Shown one piece after another: positions 39,432-50,192 of a stretch of 64,000 nucleotides of DNA. The stretch is taken from assembly GCA_964236915.1 (NCBI GenBank), contig CAXSGM010000008.1, positions 879-64,878 on the forward strand, written 5' to 3'. Within the stretch, counting starts at the first letter, position 1. Each line of letters begins with the position of its first letter. Both the position numbers and the translations under genes were made by a program. The notes under the pieces are model-generated. The model ran no database searches and was not told the origin of the DNA. It worked only from the letters and a program-made list of their open reading frames with translations. The DNA comes from an uncultured Rhizobacter sp. (GTDB lineage Bacteria; Pseudomonadota; Gammaproteobacteria; Burkholderiales; Burkholderiaceae_C).

Positions 39432-40679
39432 ATGGACTTTCAGCTGCCCGCCGACATCACGGCCAAGCTCGCCGAGCTCGACGCGTTCATCGAGTCCGAC
39501 ATCGAGCCGCTCGAGCGCGAAAACATGCAGTTCTTCGACCATCGGCGCGAGAACGCCCGCACCGACTGGGACAACGACGGCCGTCCGCGCGCCGAGTGGC
39601 GGGCGCTGATCGGCGAGATGGAGCGCCGTGCCGACAGGGCCGGTCACCTGCGCCTGGGCTTGCCGCGTAGTTGCGGCGGCCAGGCAGCGTCCAACCTGAT
39701 GGTCGCGGCAATCCGTGAGCATCTCGCGGCCAGGGGCCTGGGCCTGCACAACGACCTGCAGGACGAGTCCTCGATCGTCGGCAACTTCCCGATCGTGCCG
39801 GTCCTGGACGCCTACGGCACGCCCGAGCAGAAGAAGTACATCGACGGCATCATCACCGGCAACATGCACCTGTCGTTCGCGCTCACCGAGCCCGGGCACG
39901 GCAGCGACGCCACCTGGCTCGACACCACGGCGACACGCGACGGCGACCACTGGGTCATCAACGGCATGAAGCGCTGGAACAGCCAGGTCGCGCGCGCGCA
40001 CGGAAACCTCGTCTTCGCACGCACGTCGGGCAAAGCCGGCGATGCCGACGGCATCACCGCCTTCATCGTGCCGACCGACGCACCCGGGCACAACGTGCTC
40101 TACAACCACTGGACCTTCAACATGCCGAGCGACCACGCCGAGACCGAGTTGAAGAACGTGCGGGTGCCGGACAGCGCGATCCTCTTCGCGGAAGGGCAAG
40201 GCCTCAAAGTCGCCCAGCGCTTCATCCACGAGAACCGCATCCGACAGGCGGCGGCGAGTGCGGGCGCGGCGCGTTACTGCATTGCCGAGGCGGCGAACTA
40301 CGCGCGCTCGCGCATCGCCTTCGGCGAGCCGCTGTCGAAAAAGCAGGCCATCCAGTTCCCGCTGGTGGAGCTCTATGCCGAGTGCGAGATGGTGCGCAAC
40401 TTCATCTTCAAGACCGCCTGGCAGATGGACCGCCAGGATCCGCTCGAGATCAGCGACATGGTTTCGATCTGCAACTTCCGCGCGAACCGGCTGTGCTGCG
40501 AAGCGGCCGACCAGGCCATGCAGACGCACGGCGGCATGGGCTACAGCCGGGCCTTGCCCTTCGAGCACATTTACCGCCACCATCGCCGCTATCGCATCAC
40601 CGAAGGCTCCGAGGAGGTCCAGAAGCGCCGTGTGGCGCAATACCTTTTCGGCTTCGCAGGCAAGCGCACGACGTCATGA
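39432..40679 (+). CDS. Acyl-CoA dehydrogenase family protein (ACAD10/11-like context)
   Basis: Start MDFQLP after GGAGA; FALTEPGHGSDA, RIRQAA, RRYRITEGSEEVQ. Confidence 0.88.
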   Translation: MDFQLPADITAKLAELDAFIESDIEPLERENMQFFDHRRENARTDWDNDGRPRAEWRALIGEMERRADRAGHLRLGLPRSCGGQAASNLMVAAIREHLAARGLGLHNDLQDESSIVGNFPIVPVLDAYGTPEQKKYIDGIITGNMHLSFALTEPGHGSDATWLDTTATRDGDHWVINGMKRWNSQVARAHGNLVFARTSGKAGDADGITAFIVPTDAPGHNVLYNHWTFNMPSDHAETELKNVRVPDSAILFAEGQGLKVAQRFIHENRIRQAAASAGAARYCIAEAANYARSRIAFGEPLSKKQAIQFPLVELYAECEMVRNFIFKTAWQMDRQDPLEISDMVSICNFRANRLCCEAADQAMQTHGGMGYSRALPFEHIYRHHRRYRITEGSEEVQKRRVAQYLFGFAGKRTTS

Positions 40680-40776
40680 GTTCGGCATCGCCGCGGGCCG
40701 CCGCGCCGGGCCGCTTCGAGCAAGGTCCGATCCTCGCCGAGGGTCGATCGCCGTGCCCGGCGGGCGGGGTGTCGCA

Positions 40777-41799
40777 GTGAGCGGCATCGACTTCGAGGTC
40801 GGTCGGCTCGATGACTTCTTGCGCCAGGCGCTGCCCGGTCTGGCCGGTGAACTGATCGTCGAGCGCACGGTCGGCGGCATGTCGAACCCGACTTACTTCG
40901 TGCGGCGGGGAGACTGGCAGGCCGTGCTGCGCAAACAGCCGAACGCCGTGCTGCTGCCCTCGGCGCATGCGATCGACCGCGAGTACCGCGTGCTGACAGC
41001 GCTGCGCGACAGCGCCGTGCCGGTGCCGTCGCCGCTGCTCTATTGCAGCGAGCGCGACATCGTCGGCACGCCGTTCTACCTGATGGAGCGCGTCGACGGG
41101 CGCGTGTTCGAGGGCTTTGCGATGGCGGGCATGCCGGCCCTCGACCGCAGTGCGATGTACGACTCGATGGCGGCGACGATGGCCGCATTGCACAGCCTGG
41201 ATTTCAACGCCGTCGGCCTCGCCGACTACGGCCGACCGGGCAACTACTTCGCACGTCAGCTGAGCCGTTGGTCGCAGCAGTGGGCGCAGTTCCGCCACGG
41301 CGACGACGACAATCCCGATCTCGACCGCGTCGTCGCCTGGCTCTCGGAGCGGGTGCCCGACAGCGCCACGCTGGCGCTCTGCCACGGCGATTTCCGCATC
41401 ACCAACCTGATGTTCCATCCGATCGAGCCGCGCGTCGTCGGTGTGCTCGACTGGGAGCTCTCCACGCTCGGTCACCCGCTCGTCGATGTCGCGTTCAACA
41501 GCCAGGCCTGGCGGATGGCGCCCGACGAGAACGGGGGTCTGCTCGGCCTGCCGCTGCAGAGCATGGGCATCCCGACAGAGGACGCTTACCTCGATCGCTA
41601 TTACCGACTCGCCGGGTCCGACGAGCGAATGACGACCTTCCACCAGGTCTTCGCCATGTTCCGCGGCGCCGTCGGCAGTGCCGGCGTGGCGATGCGCGGC
41701 GAGGCCGGCAACGGCTTCCTGCCCGACGCCTCGCGCGTGGGCCGGCGGCTGGCACGCGCGTACGCGAGGCGCGGCGCGCAACTCATCGACAACCCGTGA
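40777..41799 (+). CDS. Phosphotransferase (ACAD10 kinase-domain-like)
   Basis: GGMSNPTY, LLPSAHAIDREYRV, YGRPGNYFARQ, HGDFRITN, LDWELSTLGHPLVD. Confidence 0.9.
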   Translation: MSGIDFEVGRLDDFLRQALPGLAGELIVERTVGGMSNPTYFVRRGDWQAVLRKQPNAVLLPSAHAIDREYRVLTALRDSAVPVPSPLLYCSERDIVGTPFYLMERVDGRVFEGFAMAGMPALDRSAMYDSMAATMAALHSLDFNAVGLADYGRPGNYFARQLSRWSQQWAQFRHGDDDNPDLDRVVAWLSERVPDSATLALCHGDFRITNLMFHPIEPRVVGVLDWELSTLGHPLVDVAFNSQAWRMAPDENGGLLGLPLQSMGIPTEDAYLDRYYRLAGSDERMTTFHQVFAMFRGAVGSAGVAMRGEAGNGFLPDASRVGRRLARAYARRGAQLIDNP

Positions 41800-41858
41800 G
41801 GAACTTGCGTGCCTGCGTAGCCCTGCCGGAAGCGCCGCCACCGCTGAGCAGACCGACC

Positions 41859-41940
41859 ATGAATCTGCAGAACATCCTCGAGCGACGTTTCGAACCGGTC
41901 GGGCAACGCGACGAATGGCGCGGCTCGGCGCGCACCCCGA
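41859..41940 (+). pseudogene. Possible N-terminal remnant of a MaoC/hydratase-2-like gene
   Basis: MNLQNILERRFEPVGQRDEWRGSA then runs into the stop of the convergent gene; family resemblance is from memory only. Confidence 0.35.
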
Positions 41941-42966
41941 TCAGGTCATCGTCACGACGAGCTTGCCGAACTGTTCGCCGCGCTCGAGCCGGTCGAAGGC
42001 GGTGGGCAATTCGTCGAGGGCGAAGCGCTGGTCGATCACCGGCGTCACGCCGCCAGCGGCGAACAGCGCGACCAGCTGGCGGCACTCTTCGATGCTGCCA
42101 CCGGTGGAGCCGTAGATCTCGAGTTGGCGGATGAAGACGCGCTGCAGGTCCGCCGGCGGGTTCGAGCCGGTGGTCGCGCCGCAGGTCACGAGCCGGCCGC
42201 CTCGACGCAGCGAGCGCAGCGAGTCGTCCCAGCTGGCGGCGCCGGAGCTGTCGAGCACCAGATCGACGCCGGCACCGTCGGTCAACTCCATCACGCGCTG
42301 GGCCACCTTCTCGTTTCGGTAGTGGATGCCGGCGGTCGCGCCGAGCGCGGCGGCGCGTGCCAGCTTGTCGTCGCTCGACGAGGTGACGAAGACGCGGGCG
42401 CCGGCGTGCAGTGCCAGCTGCAGGCAGGCGACGGCGACACCGCCGCCGACGCCGACCACCAGCACCGTCTCGTCGGGGCGCAGCATGCGCTTGCCGAACA
42501 GCATGCGCCATGCGGTCAGGTAAGCCGTGAGCAGGGTGCCGGCGCCGACCAGGTCGGCGTGCTCGGGCAGCGGCAGCACGCAGCGCGCGGGCATCGTCAC
42601 GTACTCGGCGAACGCGCCGTCGCGGTGCTCGCCCATGATCCGGGCGCGCAGGCACAGCGGCTGGTCGCCGGCAAGGCAGTAGCGGCATGCGCCGCAAAAG
42701 GCATTGGAGTAGACGACGGCCTTCTGGCCGGGCGCCAAGCCGCTTTCGGCATCGGCCTCGACGACCACGCCCGCGGCCTCGACGCCCATCGTCTGCGGCA
42801 GGCTGTGCGTAATGCCCGCACCGTTGTCTCGCATGTAGAGATCGACCCGGTTCAGGCCGGCGGCGTGGACGCGCAGCAGCGCCTCGCCGGGCCGGCGTGT
42901 CGGGATCGGGATATCGCGCAGGAACAGGCCGGCGCGGCCACGAGATTCGAGAACGGCTGCCTTCAT
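41941..42966 (-). CDS. Medium-chain (Zn-binding) dehydrogenase/reductase
   Basis: MKAAVL, structural-Zn CGACRYC-x7-C, GVGGGVA, GRLVTCGATTG, QFGKLV. Confidence 0.9.
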   Translation of the reverse strand: MKAAVLESRGRAGLFLRDIPIPTRRPGEALLRVHAAGLNRVDLYMRDNGAGITHSLPQTMGVEAAGVVVEADAESGLAPGQKAVVYSNAFCGACRYCLAGDQPLCLRARIMGEHRDGAFAEYVTMPARCVLPLPEHADLVGAGTLLTAYLTAWRMLFGKRMLRPDETVLVVGVGGGVAVACLQLALHAGARVFVTSSSDDKLARAAALGATAGIHYRNEKVAQRVMELTDGAGVDLVLDSSGAASWDDSLRSLRRGGRLVTCGATTGSNPPADLQRVFIRQLEIYGSTGGSIEECRQLVALFAAGGVTPVIDQRFALDELPTAFDRLERGEQFGKLVVTMT

Positions 42967-43180
42967 CGTCGGATATCTCCAGTAACGCGCCGCTGACCCG
43001 AAGCGCAGGTTGTCGGTACAAGCCCCCATCGTAAGGTCGTGTACGGTGTTGCAAAGTACCAGTATCGATAAAGCGGAGCATGAACATGAGTGAGCCGGGG
43101 AACGGCCTGATCGATGCGGTGCGCATGGTCGGTCTCGGCCTGCTGCCCTATGTTTTGCCCGGCGAGCAACGAAAGTCGGC

Positions 43181-44311
43181 GTGAAACAGTGCGGGCCGCT
43201 CAGCGGCGTGCGGGTGCTTGAGCTGCCGGCGATCGGGCCGGCGCCCTTCTGCGGCGCCTTGCTCGCCGACATGGGCGCCGATGTGGTGCGCATCGACCGG
43301 GTGCAGGCTGTCGATCTGGGCTCGCCGGTACCGCCGCAATTCGATTTCTACAACCGCAACAAGCGTTCCATCGCGCTCGACCTGAAGACGCCGGCGGCCG
43401 TGGCCACCGCGCTGCAGCTGGCGCGGCGTGCCGACATCCTGATCGAGGGCTTTCGACCGGGTGTCGCCGAGCGACTCGGTGTCGGCCCGGACGACTGCCT
43501 GATGCTGAACCCGCGGCTGGTCTACGGCCGTGTCACTGGCTGGGGCCAGGACGGCCCGCTCGCACAGGCGGTCGGCCACGACATCAACTACCTCGCGCTC
43601 AGCGGCGCGCTGCATTGCATCGGCGAAAAGGGCCGCCCGCCGGTGCCGCCGCTGAATCTGGCGGCCGATCTGGGCGGCGGCGCGATGTACCTCGCGGTCG
43701 GCGTCCTCGCAGCCCTGATCGAGGCGCGCAGCTCGGGGCACGGCCAGGTCGTCGATGCGGCGATGGTCGATGGCCTGGCCAATCTCATGTCGGCGTTCTC
43801 GGCCTTTCGCCAGATGGGCGACTGGACGGACGACCGCGGCGAGAACATCGTCGACGGCGGCGCGCCGTTCTACGGTACTTACGAGACCCGCGACGGCCGC
43901 TACGTAGCGGTCGGTGCGATGGAGGCCCGCTTCTACGCCGCCCTGCTCGAGGGCTTGGGTCTGGACGCCGCCCAACTACCGCCGCAAAACGACCGCAGCA
44001 GTTGGCCGAGCGTCCACGAGCGCTTCGCCGCCGTCTTCCGAACCCGTACGAGGGATGAGTGGGTCGCGGTCATGCAAGGGCGCGACGCCTGCTTCTCGCC
44101 CGTGCTCGATCTCGACGAAGCGCCGCTGAATCCGCACCTGCAGGGGCGCGGCGTTTTCAGCGACTTCGACGGCGTGCAGCACCCGAGCCCGGCACCGCGC
44201 TTCAGCCGCACGCCGGGCGGCCTGCGTCGGCCGGCGCCCGCGCCCGGCCAGCACGGCGCCGAGGTGCTGGCGGATTGGGGCGCGGGCGCGACCGACGCTT
44301 ATGCCGTCTGA
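43181..44311 (+). CDS. CaiB/BaiF family, alpha-methylacyl-CoA racemase-like
   Basis: IGPAPFCG, EGFRPGVAERLGVGP, GHDINYLALSG, PPLNLAADLGGG, DGGAPFY, PAPRFSRTP. Confidence 0.9.
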   Translation: MKQCGPLSGVRVLELPAIGPAPFCGALLADMGADVVRIDRVQAVDLGSPVPPQFDFYNRNKRSIALDLKTPAAVATALQLARRADILIEGFRPGVAERLGVGPDDCLMLNPRLVYGRVTGWGQDGPLAQAVGHDINYLALSGALHCIGEKGRPPVPPLNLAADLGGGAMYLAVGVLAALIEARSSGHGQVVDAAMVDGLANLMSAFSAFRQMGDWTDDRGENIVDGGAPFYGTYETRDGRYVAVGAMEARFYAALLEGLGLDAAQLPPQNDRSSWPSVHERFAAVFRTRTRDEWVAVMQGRDACFSPVLDLDEAPLNPHLQGRGVFSDFDGVQHPSPAPRFSRTPGGLRRPAPAPGQHGAEVLADWGAGATDAYAV

Positions 44312-45077
44312 GGCAGGCCGCACCCGCCTCTGCGGCACGGTCTGCGTCGTCACCGGAGCGGCACGCGGCATCGGCCTGGCGATCGCCGAGCGCTTCGCGG
44401 CCGAGGGCGGGCGCATCGCCTGCCTCGATGTCGGCGCGGTGCGCTTGCAGGCCACGGTCGCGGCGCTGGTCGAGCGCGGCATCGAGGCGCGCGGCTATCG
44501 CGCCGATGTCGGCCGGCGCGCGTCGGTGATCGAAGCCTTCGCGGCCGTCGAGCGCGACTTCGCCGCCCCGGTCGGTGTGCTCGTCAACAACGCGGTCTGG
44601 GCCCGGTTCCAGCCGCTGGCCGAGGTGGACGAAGAAAGTGTCGGCCGCATGTTCGACGTCGGCCTGAAAGCCTCGATCTGGACGATGCAGGCGGTGGTCC
44701 CGCAGATGAAAAGGCGCGGCGGCGGGGCCATCGTCAACCTCGGCTCGACCTCGGCGCGGCAGCCAATGCCCCACGCGATCGCCTATGCGGCGATGAAGGC
44801 CGGCGTGCTCGGCCTGACACGAGCAGCGGCCGTCGAGTTGAGCCCGCATCGCATCCGCGTCAACGCCCTTGTCCCTGGCATGGTCGGCACACCGGCGTCG
44901 ATCGCTCAATTCGACGATGTGACGATGCGGGCCCGGATGGCGTCGATGCCGCTCGGCCGCTTCGCCGAGCCGGACGAGATCGCATCGGCCGCGGCGTTTT
45001 TAGCCAGCGACGACAGCCTGTATGTACAGGGTGCCGAGCTCGTCGTCGATGGTGGCTGGACGATTTCGACCCACTGA
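44301..45077 (+). CDS. SDR family oxidoreductase
   Basis: TGAARGIG, NNA, YAAMK, VDGG. Confidence 0.88.
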   Translation: MPSEAGRTRLCGTVCVVTGAARGIGLAIAERFAAEGGRIACLDVGAVRLQATVAALVERGIEARGYRADVGRRASVIEAFAAVERDFAAPVGVLVNNAVWARFQPLAEVDEESVGRMFDVGLKASIWTMQAVVPQMKRRGGGAIVNLGSTSARQPMPHAIAYAAMKAGVLGLTRAAAVELSPHRIRVNALVPGMVGTPASIAQFDDVTMRARMASMPLGRFAEPDEIASAAAFLASDDSLYVQGAELVVDGGWTISTH

Positions 45078-45112
45078 TCGGGACGCGGCGCAGCTCGAAC
45101 GAGGAGATCAAC

Positions 45113-45901
45113 TTGGACAGACTCGTCGGCAAGCGCGCCGTGGTCACGGGCGCGGGCAGTGGCATCGGGCGCGCGAGTGCGCTGCGCTTCGCGCAGGAGG
45201 GCGCCGCGGTGCTGGTCGTCGGCCGCAGCATCGGCAACACCGAGGCGACGGTGGCGCTGATCCGTGCCGCTGGGGGCCGAGCTGTGGCGATGGTGACGGA
45301 CGTGACGGTCGAAGCGAACGTCGAAGCGGTCGTTGCGCGCTGCGGTGCGGAGTTTGGCGGCCTCGATGTGTTTTTCGCGAACATCGGCACCCCCGGCACG
45401 AACACGCCGCTGCTGGAGCAGAGCGTCGACGAGTGGAACGATGTGTGGCGCGTCAACACCGTCAGCTGCTTCCTGGCCGTGAAGCACGCGGGCCGCATCA
45501 TGACGGCGCAGGGCAGCGGCTCGATCATCCTCACTTCGTCGGCTGCCTCATTGCGCGCGAACGCCGGTGCGATCTCCTACAGTGCGAGCAAGGCGGCGGT
45601 AAACAGCTTGACGCAATGCGCTGCCAACGCCTTCAGCGGCACCGGCGTGCGCGTCAACGCGATCCTGCCGGGGCTGGTCGAGACGAACATGACGCGCAAG
45701 GTGTTCGAGCAGGCGCGCGAGCGCGGGGTCGAGGCGCGCATCGGCAGCATGACGCCGATGAAGCGCGCGGGCAGGCCCGAGGAAATTGCTGCGATGGCCG
45801 CGTTTCTCGCGAGCGACGACAGCTCGTTCGTCGATGGCCAGTGGTTTTCGGTGGACGGTGGCGTGAGCAGCACGCATCCGTACGGGCGAATTGCGCTTTG
45901 A
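45113..45901 (+). CDS. SDR family oxidoreductase
   Basis: TTG start after GAGGAG; TGAGSGIG, YSASKAA. Confidence 0.88.
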   Translation: MDRLVGKRAVVTGAGSGIGRASALRFAQEGAAVLVVGRSIGNTEATVALIRAAGGRAVAMVTDVTVEANVEAVVARCGAEFGGLDVFFANIGTPGTNTPLLEQSVDEWNDVWRVNTVSCFLAVKHAGRIMTAQGSGSIILTSSAASLRANAGAISYSASKAAVNSLTQCAANAFSGTGVRVNAILPGLVETNMTRKVFEQARERGVEARIGSMTPMKRAGRPEEIAAMAAFLASDDSSFVDGQWFSVDGGVSSTHPYGRIAL

Positions 45902-45988
45902 CGAGCGCTTTCAGCAGGGTTTGCGTCGTCGCGTTGCCCATGATGTGGACCTACATCGCTGCTTACCCCTTTTTGAAAGGTCCCCACC

Positions 45989-46402
45989 TTGGAAAACATT
46001 CGTCAGGCAATCGATCCCACGCGCGAGAGCTTCAAGCAGATGTTCGAGCGGGTCCCGGCTGATACGCCCGTGCTGATGGTCAACCTGGTCCGCTTCCGGG
46101 ACGCCGCTCGCGACGATGCCGGCGCAGCGCCGCGCAGCGGCAGGCAGGCGTATGCGACCTACCTGGAGCTTTTCGCGCCCTTGCTGGCCGAGGCCAAAGG
46201 CCGCATCACCTGGTGCGGAGCAGGGCACTTCACCCTGATAGCGCCTCCCGGGGAAACATGGGACGAGGTGCTGATCGTCGAGTACCCGCGCCTAGAGGCG
46301 TTCGCCGACCTCATCCGATCGTCGCGTTACAAGGAGATCCTGTCGCATCGGATCGCCGGCATCTGCGACACGCGCCTGATCGTGACGACGGCCCGGCCAT
46401 GA
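45989..46402 (+). CDS. DUF1330-like dimeric alpha/beta barrel protein
   Basis: PVLMVNLVRFR, SGRQAY, WDEVLIVEYP, HRIAG. Confidence 0.75.
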   Translation: MENIRQAIDPTRESFKQMFERVPADTPVLMVNLVRFRDAARDDAGAAPRSGRQAYATYLELFAPLLAEAKGRITWCGAGHFTLIAPPGETWDEVLIVEYPRLEAFADLIRSSRYKEILSHRIAGICDTRLIVTTARP

Positions 46403-46507
46403 GAGGGCTTCGTCTACTCGGTTTGTCCGCCAGAGAGCAGTCGTTGTGCCGATCCCTCCCGCCGAGCGACGTTATAGGACACACCCGGCAACAATCGCGA
46501 CGCTGCG

Positions 46508-47443
46508 CTACCCTTCTGTCTCGGCAGTCGCCGTCTGCTCCCGTGCATACCGAGCCGGCGGGCGCCCCACGTGGCGGGTGAACGCGACGCTGAAGGTGCT
46601 CGCCGAGCTGTATCCGACACGCCCGGCGACGTCGGCAATGGCGCGGTCGTTGCGGCGCAGCAGTTCTTTGGCGAGCGCCATCCGCCAAGCCAACAGGTAT
46701 TCCATCGGTGCCATGCCGACCGTCCGGTTGAAGCGCTCGAAGAACGCAGAGCGAGACAGGGCGGCCTCCTTTGCCAAATCGGCGACCGTCCACCTCCGGG
46801 TCGGTATCTCGTGAAGGGCGCGGATCGCCGCAGCGATCCGCACATCGCCCAGTCCGCGCACCAGGCCCGGGGATGCTGCCGGCCCGTCCAGCGACCGCAA
46901 GGCCTCGATCAGCAACACCTCCAGAAGGTGCGCGAGAACAACCTCGCGCGCGGGGCGCTGCTCGCGCGACTCCTCGCTCAGCAGCTGAACAAGCGTTGTC
47001 AGACGGTGCTCGCCGCGGACGTGCACGAGCCGAGGGAGAAGTGAAACCAGCAGAGATGCGTCCGGCGAGCCGAAGCTGCAATGCCCCGCAAGCATGCGAA
47101 GGTCTGTCGGGCCCTCCTGCAGGCCGATTCTGAACATGCCCCTGCCCAACACGACAGGCACCGAGTCCGGCCCGGCATCCGGCAGCTCGAGGCTGGACAT
47201 CGAGACCCCGAAGGCAGCAGGAACGAGGACGAAATCGCCGGCCCTCAGTACCAGAGGCTCGAGCACCCCGAGGGTCAGTCGGCAGCCACCTTCCAGCACC
47301 GCGCAATAAAAGGGCTGACCGGCGTCGGTGCGACGAATTCGCCAGCGGCCCGCCCCGACGATGTGTTTGGACAACCGGGCGGCGGGCTTCAAAAGTGTCA
47401 CAACCTCGGCGAGCGGGTCAACCACAACTGGACTCCTGAACAT
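46508..47443 (-). CDS. AraC-family regulator with N-terminal cupin
   Basis: DPLAEVVTLL, WTVADLAKEAALSRSAF, VGYSSASTFSVAF; true start may be a few codons later. Confidence 0.92.
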   Translation of the reverse strand: MFRSPVVVDPLAEVVTLLKPAARLSKHIVGAGRWRIRRTDAGQPFYCAVLEGGCRLTLGVLEPLVLRAGDFVLVPAAFGVSMSSLELPDAGPDSVPVVLGRGMFRIGLQEGPTDLRMLAGHCSFGSPDASLLVSLLPRLVHVRGEHRLTTLVQLLSEESREQRPAREVVLAHLLEVLLIEALRSLDGPAASPGLVRGLGDVRIAAAIRALHEIPTRRWTVADLAKEAALSRSAFFERFNRTVGMAPMEYLLAWRMALAKELLRRNDRAIADVAGRVGYSSASTFSVAFTRHVGRPPARYAREQTATAETEG

Positions 47444-47460
47444 GGAACACGGACTCCTGA
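47430..47460. promoter_or_regulatory. Direct repeat GGACTCCTGA x2, 21-bp period (candidate AraC site)
   Basis: Copies at 47430-47439 and 47451-47460 between divergent araC and SDR. Confidence 0.55.
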
Positions 47461-47522
47461 TTGTAGGAAATACGGTCTGGGCCGCCTACCGTCGATGGCG
47501 TCTGAATCAACCAAGAAATCCC

Positions 47523-48272
47523 ATGGAGACTGTTTTCATCACCGGCTGTTCCTCGGGCTTCGGCCTCGAAACCGCGCGCCTCTTCCTCGAGCGCGACTGG
47601 CGTGTTGTCGCCACGATGCGCACGCCACGCATGGACCTGCTGCCCCCATCCGAGCGCCTGCGCGTGGTGCAGCTCGACGTCACCGACGAGCAAAGCATTC
47701 AAAAGGCGGTCCAGGAGGCGGGCTCCATCGACGTGCTGGTCAACAACGCCGGCTTCGGCGCGCCGTCGCCGTTCGAATTGACGAGCATGGAGACGGTTCG
47801 TGCGCTGTTCGAAACGAACACCTTCGGCACCATCGCTGTCACCCAGGCCGTGTTGCCGCAGATGCGAGAGCGCAAGTCCGGAGTCGTCGTGAACGTGACG
47901 TCAAGCGTCACATTGAAGCCGCTGCCGCTGGTCGGCATCTACAGGGCGTCGAAGGCAGCGGTCAATGCGTTCACCGAGTCGCTGGCAAGCGAAGTGGAGC
48001 AGTTCGGCGTGCACGTACGCATCGTTCTTCCCGGCTCCTCGGCAGAAACAAGCTTCCGCGACACCGCGTGGACCCGTATGCGCGGCGTCGAAAACGAAGT
48101 TTATGGCGACTTCGTGCGGCAGACCATCGCCCGCATGCGCGATTCCACAGGCCCCGAAACGCGATCCGAGGACGTCGCGAAAGCCGTGTGGCGTGCGGCA
48201 ACAGATCCATCCACGCCGGTGCACATACCGGCCGGTGCCGACGCAGAGCAATGGGCAGCGGAAGCTCGCTAA
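47523..48272 (+). CDS. SDR family oxidoreductase
   Basis: METVFITGCSSGFG, NNAG, YRASKAA. Confidence 0.9.
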   Translation: METVFITGCSSGFGLETARLFLERDWRVVATMRTPRMDLLPPSERLRVVQLDVTDEQSIQKAVQEAGSIDVLVNNAGFGAPSPFELTSMETVRALFETNTFGTIAVTQAVLPQMRERKSGVVVNVTSSVTLKPLPLVGIYRASKAAVNAFTESLASEVEQFGVHVRIVLPGSSAETSFRDTAWTRMRGVENEVYGDFVRQTIARMRDSTGPETRSEDVAKAVWRAATDPSTPVHIPAGADAEQWAAEAR

Positions 48273-48401
48273 GGCAGAAGTCCGCGGTCGCGCTTGAAGG
48301 TGTGCTTGGCGCAAATGCGGTAGTCGAGCTGAATGGCCGCTTCGCGGTCGCGTTTCGTCAAGCCATCCTCCGCACTGGCCGGTTTATTGCTCGACCTGCC
48401 G

Positions 48402-49994
<1,593 letters not shown>

Positions 49995-49997
49995 CGC

Positions 49998-50030
49998 GAC
50001 GCAATGTCGACAAATTGTCGACATTGCGTC
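49998..50030. promoter_or_regulatory. Perfect 16-bp inverted repeat, candidate upstream activator sequence
   Basis: GACGCAATGTCGACAA-A-TTGTCGACATTGCGTC, about 90-125 bp upstream of a sigma-54 promoter. Confidence 0.65.
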
Positions 50031-50121
50031 AGAAGCGAAGCGGCGTCGAGATCGACAGGAATTGGTGGCCATGCGGTCGCTGTCGGGGGCGAAACGGATG
50101 CCCCGAGGCGCAGCCCGCTGC

Positions 50122-50136
50122 TGGCACAGCGGTTGC
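50122..50136 (+). promoter_or_regulatory. Sigma-54 (-24/-12) promoter
   Basis: TGGCAC-AGCGG-TTGC, consensus spacing. Confidence 0.85.
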
Positions 50137-50192
50137 GTTGACGACTGGCCCGCCGCCTTGCCCCCGCTCTTCTTTTGAACGGATCCCGCGCC

